Of a stretch of DNA of 64,000 bases, positions 39,342-48,943 are shown one piece after another; position 1 is the stretch's first letter; every line of letters starts with the position of its first letter. The notes beneath the pieces were generated by a model. The model was not told where the DNA came from. It did not search any database and saw only the letters and a program-made list of their open reading frames with translations. Origin of the DNA: Phyllobates terribilis (lineage: Eukaryota); assembly GCF_046119375.1 (NCBI RefSeq), contig NW_027362768.1, positions 327,856,001 to 327,920,000 of the forward strand, in the 5' to 3' direction. Made by a program: the position numbers and the translations under genes.

Positions 39342-39454
39342 CGTTTTTATAAGTTTTGAACCAGACAACAAAAGGTTCTCTAGAAAAGGCATCGATATCT
39401 CCAACCTGATGGTCATGATACTGGTAAACGTCTTTCACTAAGACCTGATGCTTC
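39342..39454 (-). CDS. DNASE1L3: DNASE1L3 exon 4
   Basis: ttgcag|G..G|gtaag, 113 nt; KHQVLVKDVYQYHDHQVGDIDAFSREPFVVWFKTYKN. Confidence 0.93.
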
Positions 39455-39612
39455 CTGCAATGTACATAATATTTTGGGAAATTTTATCAAAGATGGAATA
39501 TTAGTTTCAGCAGATGCCGCTTTTTGTGACTTACTGAAGTCATGTCTACTAGTCACAAAGTTTTGAATTAGCATTGACAAGATGGCGGCCATAGTGTCCA
39601 TAACCCACTTAC

Positions 39613-39702
39613 CTATAAATAAAGGCATACTGCTCTTTGTAGGTCTTGCGTCCGAGTCGCTGGCTAATAATTAAGCGAAATTCATCTTCCATATCTGGCT
39701 GG
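39613..39702 (-). CDS. DNASE1L3: DNASE1L3 exon 3
   Basis: ttgcag|C..AG|gtaag, 90 nt; QPDMEDEFRLIISQRLGRKTYKEQYAFIY. Confidence 0.93.
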
Positions 39703-39882
39703 CTGCAAGGAAATAGAAAAATTTGTACTTTCCTGAGATCAAGTCTATGACAAAGTCTCCGTTCTCCCTATGAGGCCTTGGCTTGAGCTTGAGCTCTTGG
39801 GTGATAATTGTTATGTCGCCAGTATAATGCCTATATGGCTTACCACCCAGCGTACTACTCGAGTCTGCCAGACAGTCCTTGT

Positions 39883-39927
39883 TCTGCACTGATGAGCGGC
39901 AAGTACCCCAAAACAGCTGTCTGTAGA
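39883..39927 (+). ncRNA. Type I hammerhead-like motif with mutated core
   Basis: TCTGCA-CTGATGA-GCGGcaagtaCCCC-AAAAC-AGCT-GTC-TGTAGA; palindromic stem III ACAGCTGT; GAAA changed to AAAA. Confidence 0.6.
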
Positions 39928-40189
39928 TGAATGCCTGAATTGTCTAGTATCTCGATTTCCTGGCTTACTAAATGGTTGGATATTGACATAAAGGGTAGCA
40001 GCAATCTCCGACCGTGGCAATAGTGAGATCATTTTCAGTCCTTCCAGGAGAGAGCCCATTTTTATTTTATTCCCATGGGACAATGCCACTAAGCCTCCAT
40101 ATTGAGCTGGGCAGCTTTAAGGGATTGTCCTGGACTATCAGCCTTGTCCTAGTTAACACTTTCTCCTGAGCTACTGAGAAGATTCCTGT

Positions 40190-40416
40190 AATGATGTTAG
40201 CAGGTCATTTTGTAGCCGGGCTGAAGTGGAAACGTGGTGTTTGTGATTAAGTTAATTTTCATGGCAAGGAATAACTTTGCACTTTTTTGCAATTCATCTG
40301 ATCACTCTTCATAACAATCAACAGTTAATACAAATTGCCGCTATAACAAAAAACTAAAGCAGCAAACTGCGAAAATCAAAATTTGTGTCAATCTCAAAAC
40401 TTACGGCCACGACTGC
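40190..40416. mobile_element. Tc1-like terminal remnant
   Basis: ends ..TCTCAAAACTTACGGCCACGACTG, resembling a CAGTCGTGGCC-type Tc1 TIR; no partner end found. Confidence 0.45.
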
Positions 40417-41154
40417 ACATTTTATAGAGAAAAATCATTAGAAAGAAATTGTTAGGTCTGAGTAGGTGTGATTGACAGTCCTGTAGGGGTAAGACTGACG
40501 GAGCTATAGGAACATGATTCACATATCTGTATCAGTACTGCACAAGAAGAACCTGAAGCAAGATTTAACATTTTTTAACAAAATATTCAGTGTACAGCAT
40601 GTGGATGCCTCTGAGTCTTAACTGGATTTTCAGCACATATTTAGAGCTAAGGATTTTATGCATGTATGTATGTATGTATTGCTTTTACACTGCCAATTCT
40701 GTAGCTACAAGGAAACGCTGAGCTCTATTTTTGCACATCTAATGTCTCTAAAAGCAATATGTATGCTATATATGGGATTGGGTTAGGGTTAGGGCTAGGT
40801 TAGAGTTAGGGCTAGATTAGAGTTAGGTTATGTCTAGGTTAGGTTAGGGCTAGGTTAGGTTATGGCTAGGTTAGGTTAGGTTATGGCTAGGTTAGGTTAG
40901 GGCTAGGTTAGGGCTAGGGCTAGGTTAGGTTAGGGCTAGATTAGGGTTAGGGCTAGGTTAGGGCTAAGTTAGGGTTAATGCTAGGTTAGGGTTAGGGCTA
41001 AGTTATGGCTAGGTTAGAGCTAGGTTAGGGCTAGGTTAGGTTACGGATAGGTTAAGTTAAGTTATGGCTAGGTTAGGTTAGGTTATGGCTAGGTTAGGGT
41101 TAGGGCTAGGTTAGGGCTAAGTTAGGGTTAGAGCTAGGTTAGGGTTAGGGCTAA

Positions 41155-42376
41155 TGTAGCACCCCGAGGACTCGGCTGCTACAGGGGTATTGCACCTCAA
41201 ACCAGAGGTGTGGTATTCCACTCCCGGGTAAGGATGGAGTGTGGGACTGGGCTCAGATAGCTGCATGCACTACACTCACCCCATTTCCGGGGGACAGAAC
41301 AACGGTACTCCCACCAAATAGTTGTGCAGGTACGACAGCGTCTGTCCCTGGGTGGAGTGGGGAGGGGGGAGGAACATCCCAGTAGTGTAGGGGCAGATAG
41401 GGGAGGGGCTCTGGGCATAGAGGTAGGAGCCCATTGGGTGCTAGTCACCTGGGCTCACACATAGAGGGAGTATATATGGTGGGCACCATCTAGAGACAGG
41501 GTGAGTTCTGAGGGAGAGTTCAGCCAGGAGGGCTGACGGGGAGCTGTGGCTCCGTCTGGGCCCAGCTCCAGAGCCAGGCCTGAAGCAGAGAGAGGAAGAA
41601 AAGGGAACACAAGGAAAGGCCCAGAGACGCAAGCAGAGGGAACCCTGAGATCCCACGAGTGAACCAAAACGGGTGAAGGATTGGCAGAAAAGGGTACCGG
41701 AGCCCAAACTGGCAGAGGCAAAATATCCTTAGCCAGGAACCGGAGGTCGTGGTCAAGCTTTGGCACGACCCTCACCACATCCACCAGGAAGGCATACCAC
41801 GAATAGGGTCAGGAAAGCCAGGAAAGGTTTTGCCACCAAGAGGCCCGAGGGAGCCGGACAAAGGTGGGTCCCTGGTGGGGACGGCCAGTAGGAAGAAAGA
41901 GAGAGGGGAGCTCAGGACCACGCTCTGGAACTGCCCGGGAGTTGACCGAGTCCCGCACCTGGTGGACGCAGCACGGCCCGGGTGGTCACCCTTGGCCGAA
42001 GTGACCGGAGCAACACCTGTGAGTAAAAACCCTGAAACTGCATCACACGTCTCTGAGCTTCCTTGCCGCACCATCACTACCACCATCATTTACGTCTGCT
42101 GCCCTGAGGCCATACCCCTCCCGTTGGGGGTTATACCATCTACGCTGCACAACCATATCACCGGCCTCAGCGGACTGTCCTGCAGCGGCAGCTCCATAGC
42201 TGCATTCAACGGGTGGCGTAGTCGTCCAACATCTACCGTTCAAAACACTGCCGTCCAGCTTGACTCCCTGGGCACGGACCGGGTCACCGCCACGAGACTA
42301 CTACTCCCATCGGATCCGGCTCCGGGTAAGCCCCCTTGCGCGCGATGCCGCGCGACGAAGGCCCAGGGGCGCGTCA
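41155..42376 (+). repeat. 5' LTR of E1
   Basis: TGTAGCACCCC..GGGGCGCGTCA; TATATAT at 41471; AGTAAA at 42022. Confidence 0.93.
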
Positions 42377-42380
42377 GCTT

Positions 42381-42398
42381 TGGCGTAGTCGGCAGGAT
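42381..42398 (+). other. Primer binding site of E1, complementary to tRNA-Ser 3' end
   Basis: TGGCGTAGTCGGCAGGAT, 4 nt after the LTR; reverse complement of tRNA-Ser 3' end ATCCTGCCGACTACGCCA. Confidence 0.9.
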
Positions 42399-42632
42399 TT
42401 CGTGCCCGCAACTACCGGGTACTGCGTGCCTGAAGAAAAGTTTATATGTACCGTCAGAAGAAGTCTCCCGCCAATTCCAGAGGGTCCCCGCCATCGGACG
42501 CCATCTCGGGTCGTTTCCCGCCGTTTGCCCGCCATCTGCAGCCTTTTCCCGCCATCCACGGAGTTTCCCGCCATTAGGAGACGATTCCCGCCATCTGAGA
42601 CGATTTCCCGCCCTGGCAGAGCGGACGCCATT

Positions 42633-44240
42633 ATGGGCGTGCCAGAGGGTGGCAAGAGACCACCTCCCATCGTGGGCCTGGTCCCAGAAGAGCGCCAAAA
42701 GCGGAGACCGCCCCCACCAGCAGAGACTGCAATGATAGAGATGTCCATCAGAGCGAGGGGTCTGCCCCTGGAACTGACAATCACCAAGTGGCCCCGGGAC
42801 CACCCTCAGTATGGGCGGATCAAGAACAAAAGAGAGAAGATGGGTGGGGCCTGGAGGAGTCTGGAAAGATCGCACCCGGAGATGGAGGGAGAGTCAGGCA
42901 GCACCGACCCTCTGGTCAGGAGCCTGTTGCAGGCCGCCACCCCAGAAGGCCTGGTGGAGATCCTGGCACAGCTCCCCAAAGATCGGGAGCATGCACAGAC
43001 CGCACTGGAGGGCTTGGCTCGGAAGATGGCCCGAGTGCAGCAAGAAGTGCTGGCCGAGTGGAGCAGAGAAATGGCCCTGCAGGCTGGAACCCGCCAGCAA
43101 AGGACGCCACCCGGGACGAGGAGCCTGTCTGCCTCTGAGGATGGTGCAGGAGGGACGAAGGCCGGAGACGACGCCGTGGAAGGAGCTGAAGAGATGGAAG
43201 CAGGTAAAGGGGACGTCACCACCTCAGGCCTAGTAGCCGTGAGCCTGCCCCAGCTCCCCGTCGCAGAGCCCAAAATCCCCCTTACCGTGCCCGATGCTGC
43301 ACCGCCACCGCTCCAAACTAGGCCTCAAGCGGCAGGAGCCGCGGCCACGCCCCCTGTGACGTCACGCGCCTCAACCCTGAGCGCGGCCAAGCAGGAAACG
43401 CCACCGGCCTGGTTGCAAGGCCGAGTACCCCCGGGCGCCGCCGTTTCCACAGTGCCCTTCACCTTCAGAGTGCCACCGGCCTGGTCGCAAGGCCTGGTGA
43501 ATCCGGGCGCCGATGCCCCCACCGCGCCCTCGACCTCCACAGTGCTGCCCCTGGGTGAAGATCTGTTTGCGCAGCATACTTGCCCGGATGGGCAGTCCTT
43601 TGTGTGGCCACCGGAGTACGTCAATCCCCGACTCCGGAAGGAATGGCCCCTGTGTGAGCCCCTGACCCCGGCTCCGGCGCCCGCCAAGATCACCCCACTC
43701 CCGTTGGAGGAGGCTCAGTTCGCATGGGACCCCACCGGTGAAAACCTCATGGGGTTCACCCAAGAGACCCGGGCGGCCGCAGCCCAGCGTGTGGAGTGCT
43801 GCCGACAACAACTAGAGGTCTTCAACAAAGAACGGCAAGAGAGGCGGGTCCGCGAGGAGCGGCTGCAGGTACAGAGCGCGGAGCAGAAACGCCGGACCCG
43901 GCGATACCCCCGTGCAGCCCACGGTCCCCGCGCCACCGGGACCGTAATCAAGTTCCAACTGGAGCACGGTTGGGGCTTTATCCGGGATCACAGAACCCCC
44001 GGCGATGTCTTTGTCACCCGCAGGGATGTCGAGTCTCACCTGCCGGAGGGACACCGAGGACGTGACCTTTACCTGGGTGATGAGGTCACCTTCACCCGGC
44101 ATCAGTGTGCCAAAGGACCGTACGCCCTTCACGTGTACCGATTGATGGAGGAAGAGCTGCGGTATGAGGAGGAACAAGAGGACCCGGACGTGTTTGAAGA
44201 TTACCCTCCGGAAGGAAAAGGAGGGCATAGTTATCACTGA
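42633..44240 (+). CDS. E1 ORF, 535 aa: helical/coiled-coil N-terminus, Pro/Ala-rich linker, C-terminal cold-shock domain (43929-44144)
   Basis: uninterrupted frame; start inferred from DAIM homology with E2; CSD motifs G-TVIKF, GWGFI (RNP1-like), DVFV (RNP2-like), L..GDEV.F, KG..A. Confidence 0.85.
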   Translation: MGVPEGGKRPPPIVGLVPEERQKRRPPPPAETAMIEMSIRARGLPLELTITKWPRDHPQYGRIKNKREKMGGAWRSLERSHPEMEGESGSTDPLVRSLLQAATPEGLVEILAQLPKDREHAQTALEGLARKMARVQQEVLAEWSREMALQAGTRQQRTPPGTRSLSASEDGAGGTKAGDDAVEGAEEMEAGKGDVTTSGLVAVSLPQLPVAEPKIPLTVPDAAPPPLQTRPQAAGAAATPPVTSRASTLSAAKQETPPAWLQGRVPPGAAVSTVPFTFRVPPAWSQGLVNPGADAPTAPSTSTVLPLGEDLFAQHTCPDGQSFVWPPEYVNPRLRKEWPLCEPLTPAPAPAKITPLPLEEAQFAWDPTGENLMGFTQETRAAAAQRVECCRQQLEVFNKERQERRVREERLQVQSAEQKRRTRRYPRAAHGPRATGTVIKFQLEHGWGFIRDHRTPGDVFVTRRDVESHLPEGHRGRDLYLGDEVTFTRHQCAKGPYALHVYRLMEEELRYEEEQEDPDVFEDYPPEGKGGHSYH

Positions 44241-44734
44241 ACGGTAAAGTTACCCGTCGGGGTACAAGAACTGTTGCCAATTTAAGTGGTCCCCGTTGGG
44301 ACTAGTGTGAATTGTTTCCCGTGTGTCCCTATCCCTAACCAGGCTGAGGACTGTGAGCAGCCATTCCTAATCCCCACTGGCCGAGGACTGAGAGCGGCCA
44401 TATCCTGTAAATAGTTGCGCTTCCTAAGGCGCCCCCTACCGGTTTTATAAGGAACTGTTTTTCTACTAGTGACTGTTGCACTTTACCTGGTCACAAGTTG
44501 CACCGCGGCCAGAAGATCAAGGGCGTTTTATATGAAAAAGTTTTATATCAAAAGTTTATGCTGCTAAAATTATAATATGAAAAGTTACCTGTAAAGATGA
44601 AGGAGAAAAGTACCTCCCATAAAGGGATGAGTTCTTAGTTAATGTTTTATATGTGAGTGTACACTTTAAAATTTTGTATGTTTTGTTTTGCTCTTTTCCA
44701 GCCCGAGGACGTGCTGTGGTTTACCAGGGGGGAA

Positions 44735-45956
44735 TGTAGCACCCCGAGGACTCGGCTGCTACAGGGGTATTGCACCTCAAACCAGAGGTGTGGTATTCCA
44801 CTCCCGGGTAAGGATGGAGTGTGGGACTGGGCTCAGATAGCTGCATGCACTACACTCACCCCATTTCCGGGGGACAGAACAACGGTACTCCCACCAAATA
44901 GTTGTGCAGGTACGACAGCGTCTGTCCCTGGCTGGAGTGGGGAGGGGGGAGGAACATCCCAGTAGTGTAGGGGCAGATAGGGGAGGGGCTCTGGGCATAG
45001 AGGTAGGAGCCCATTGGGTGCTAGTCATCTGGTCTCACACATAGAGGGAGTATATATGGTGGGCACCATCTAGAGACAGGGTGAGTTCTGAGGGAGAGTT
45101 CAGCCAGGAGGGCTGACGGGGAGCTGTGGCTCCGTCTGGGCCCAGCTCCAGAGCCAGGCCTGAAGCAGAGAGAGGAAGAAAAGGGAACACAAGGAAAGGC
45201 CCAGAGACGCAAGCAGAGGGAACCCTGAGATCCCACGAGTGAACCAAAACGGGTGAAGGGTTGGCAGAAAAGGGTACCGGAGCCCAAACTGGCAGAGGCA
45301 AAATATCCTTAGCCAGGAACCGGAGGTCGTGGTCAAGCTTTGGCACGACCCTCACCACATCCACCAGGAAGGCATACCACGAATAGGGTCAGGAAAGCCA
45401 GGAAAGGTTTTGCCACCAAGAGGCCCGAGGGAGCCGGACAAAGGTGGGTCCCTGGTGGGGACGGCCAGTAGGAAGAAAGAGAGAGGGGAGCTCAGGACCA
45501 CGCTCTGGAACTGCCCGGGAGTTGACCGAGTCCCGCACCTGGTGGACGCAGCACGGCCCGGGTGGTCACCCTTGGCCGAAGTGACCGGAGCAACACCTGT
45601 GAGTAAAAACCCTGAAACTGCATCACACGTCTCTGAGCTTCCTTGCCGCACCATCACTACCACCATCATTTAGGTCTGCTGCCCTGAGGCCATACCCCTC
45701 CCGTTGGGGGTTATACCATCTACGCTGCACAACCATATCACCGGCCTCAGCGGACTGTCCTGCAGCGGCAGCTCCATAGCTGCATTCAACGGGTGGCGTA
45801 GTCGTCCAACATCTACCGTTCAAAACACTGCCGTCCAGCTTGACTCCCTGGGCACGGACCGGGTCACCGCCACGAGACTACTACTCCCATCGGATCCGGC
45901 TCCGGGTAAGCCCCCGTGCGCGCGATGCCGCGCGACGAAGGCCCAGGGGCGCGTCA
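44735..45956 (+). repeat. 3' LTR of E1
   Basis: direct repeat of 41155-42376 at a constant 3580-bp offset; preceded by PPT AGGGGGGAA. Confidence 0.93.
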
Positions 45957-47402
45957 CTAAGTTAGGGTTAGAGCTAGGTTAGGGTTAGGGCTAAGTTACA
46001 GCTAGGTTAGGTTAGGGTTTCGGGCTAGGTTAGGGTTAGGGCTAAGTTAGGGCTAGGTTAGGGTTAGGGCTAAGTTATGGCTAGGTTAGGTTAGGGTTTC
46101 GGGCTAGGTTAGGGTTAGTTTAGGGTTAGGGCTAGGTTAGGGTAAAGTTAGGGCTAGGGTAAGATCTATACCTTATCATTTATACTGCATAGCAATTCTG
46201 CTCACAACAGAGATATTTTAGAGTTAGAGTTTGGATGTGCAGGTGTATTTTAGGGTACTCTCATATTGGCATTCAGTGTTACGCTTTTCTTTTCCATTAT
46301 CGGAACAGAAAACTGGAACTTCCGCAAAAAAAACAAAAAATGCATCCATGCTATTAAAAGGATCCCAGGGGTTGATGTCTTTTGCAGCAAACACAAACAG
46401 CAGTGAAACAGGATCCTGTGTGTTAGCGCTTCCTCACACATCTTCCTCTGTGACCACTTGCAGTTAGATAACAATACACACATACAATTCGGAAAACCAC
46501 AGACAGAATGAGTCACTATGGTGTGCAAAAATAAATTTTAGTTTACTGGAAAAAATGATTAACATTATATATATTTGGTAGCAGGTACATGACTTAGCAG
46601 AGGTTCAGACATTGCGTTTGCATCAGTTACATGATACAACTGTTTTGGACCTTCCATTTCAGATGAGTAAATTGTTTTGCAGGACCCTGGTCCAACAGCC
46701 AGGTTGGAATTCCCTGGTCGCCGGACGGGAGTCTGTGAACCAACTCCTACCAGCCATTAAACACCAGCGCCCCTCTTTGATTAGTATGCACCTCGCCACG
46801 TCATCGTTGACCTCAAACCTTGGACAGCTAATCGGAAGAGGGGCTGGGAGACTGGGAGTTAGGAGGCGGTACACAGGTCTCTTGAATGGCCGCTTGACCA
46901 GGGACCTGCGAATCCATTCGCTCATCTCTACTCTCAAAACTTCAAGGATTTCTTTATTCTGCCTACTGTTCTTGTCCGTAAAATAGATGAGAATAGTGCA
47001 CACTGCGTACTTGGCCACACAGACCTGAGGTCCGCGTAGAAAACTGGTCAAGTGCAGACCATTGGTCCTTGTGCTGTCAATGTGCAGTCTGTTTTGCACA
47101 TGGATTGAACCAAGCCTAAATGTTTTTGCGATGGGAAGTGGCCAACAAATCATCATCAATCATCTTAAAGGGGTACTATCATCCTAGATATTTATGGAAT
47201 ATTCACAAGATATGATCTAATTGTTAGGAAGTTCCATATTTACTGGCTCAAAACAGGCCTTTTCCAACGGCAAAATCTGCAATTCAAGCCCCCTTTGAAT
47301 CAGCAAACAGATATTATGCATCATCATACATTTACATCATATGCTATGGATATGGTATAAATGCTCTAGATGGAAAACATAAGTGGGGTCAGCTCGTTTT
47401 AA

Positions 47403-47793
47403 AGAGGACCCTTTACTGGATTTTTTAATTTAACCTGATTATCTCCTCCAATTTCTGTTGCTGCACTGATTCTGGAACAGTTTTTTCTTGTTTTTTTCTG
47501 AGTCCTTCCTTTCTGAAGCTATGTGGCCCCGGTAATAATAATGCAACTTTTCCCTTCAGCCAACTGGGCGTATATACAACAGAGCTTCTTTGTGGGCGTT
47601 TGCTTCTTCTCCTCTATGACAGAAGTTCTGTGATATACGTCCAATTGGTTGATGGAAAATTTGCACCTTTATTACCAAAGGGTATAACTTTAGAAAGGAG
47701 GGGCACAGAAAAAAAACCTGTTCCAGAATGAGTAAAACAGTGGCAATTGGAGGAGGTACCCCATTTAAAAAAAAATCCAGTGAAAGGTCCACT
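47403..47793. mobile_element. T2/Kolobok-type MITE
   Basis: TTAA|AGAGGACCCTTTACTGGATTTTTT..AAAAAATCCAGTGAAAGGTCCACT|TTAA. Confidence 0.75.
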
Positions 47794-48359
47794 TTAAGGT
47801 TTGGTGGGGTCCTTTAAAGGTCTTTTCTGAAAAAATCTCTTCAATTTAGGCCACAGCCCCAGCCAAAATTAGAAATATAAGACTATTTGACTATATGTTG
47901 ACAATCCCTCCTCCAAGGGGATAATAAATGAGAGAACCAATACCCTACTCTGCACTGATGAGGGACAAGAGTCAGCGGTCTATGGATGGATGTCTATTCC
48001 TTTTGAAGAAGACTATGGTTTGGTGAAATATCCCAAGTTAGATGGTGGGAATACTCGTTCAAGGATCGGACATTGACCTATAGTGTAACTTCCACTACTA
48101 AGTGGCATTAGATGGATCACTTTTATTCTACTTGGTAAGAAAAGTCAAGTTTCAATAAAGTATTTTGGTTAAAATAAAAGGAATTCACTGGTGATCTCTT
48201 GGTTTCCCCTATGTCAGTACTGACAATGTTTTTAAGCAGCTGTCCAGCGCCACAACTTGCACCACTCCATATTGAGCTTCTTTCGGGTTTTGCTGGAGTG
48301 TGAATAACCCAAAATCTGTGGACTCAACACCTCCACAAATAAAGTTGACGACACCTTAC

Positions 48360-48448
48360 CTGTTTAGTTTTGCCATTAGTGAGTTAATCACTTTGTCCGT
48401 GCTGTCTTTGATCTCCATCAATAGCATTATGTCACAGCGAGATACAAC
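48360..48448 (-). CDS. DNASE1L3: DNASE1L3 exon 2
   Basis: attag|GTT..AG|gtaag, 89 nt; VVSRCDIMLLMEIKDSTDKVINSLMAKLN. Confidence 0.93.
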
Positions 48449-48632
48449 CTAATGATAAGAAACATCAGAATAAGCATTAATTAATCTTGCAATTTTCATA
48501 CTGGCCACTGAGGATATTTTAGATACCTACTTCCTGTCCTTTTAAGAAGAGTTTTCAGCAGGCACATTATCATCAGAGGCAGGAATACAAGGACACACCT
48601 TTTTAGCTGGCGGATAATGGATAGGTGGCAAC

Positions 48633-48943
48633 TAGTGATGAGCGAGTGTGCTCGTTTAACCCTTTCACCGAGCACGCTCAGGTGTTTACTGAGTATCTTC
48701 GGCGTGCTCGTATTTTATGTTCGAGTCCCTGCATCTGCGTTATTTACGGCTGTTAGACAGCCTCAACACATGCAGGGATTGCTTATTTGTTAGGGAACCT
48801 CACATGAGTTCAGGCTGTCTTACCAGCCATAAATCATTCAGACGCTGGGACTCGAACATAATATACGAGCACGCGCAAGATACTCGTTAAGCACCCGGGC
48901 ATGCTTGGTGAAAGAGTTAAACGAACATGCTTGCTCATCACTA
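48633..48943. mobile_element. hAT-type palindromic MITE, same family
   Basis: TAGTGATGAGCG..GCTCATCACTA; TSD GTGGCAAC/GTGGCAAA (7 of 8). Confidence 0.8.

Larger units (their letters stand above)
41155..45956 (+). mobile_element. Full-length non-autonomous LTR retroelement (Ty3/gypsy-like ends) encoding a cold-shock-domain protein; element E1
   Basis: 1222-bp LTRs at 41155-42376 and 44735-45956 (TG..CA, about 6 substitutions), TSD CTAA, tRNA-Ser PBS, PPT, 2358-bp internal region with no pol motifs. Confidence 0.93.
40781..46162 (+). repeat. Degenerate telomere-like array (GGTTA, GGTTAGGGCTA, TTAGGG) split by E1
   Basis: about 370 bp before and about 200 bp after the element. Confidence 0.9.

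Noticed and set aside
41197-42243. Paired ORFs repeated at 41.2-42.2 kb and 44.8-45.8 kb
   Set aside because: They recur only because the LTR is duplicated; no recognisable domains and not conserved in E2 or the solo LTRs
42381-42398. tRNA-Ser gene
   Set aside because: Only an 18-nt complement of the tRNA 3' end including CCA; no cloverleaf or A/B boxes, so it is a PBS
42336-42632. 634-aa ORF start as given in the track
   Set aside because: The first 99 codons begin inside the LTR and cross the PBS; homology with E2 starts at DAIM, so the ATG at 42633 is preferred
40781-46162. True chromosome end or telomeric fusion site
   Set aside because: Repeats are degenerate, single orientation, short and inside an intact gene
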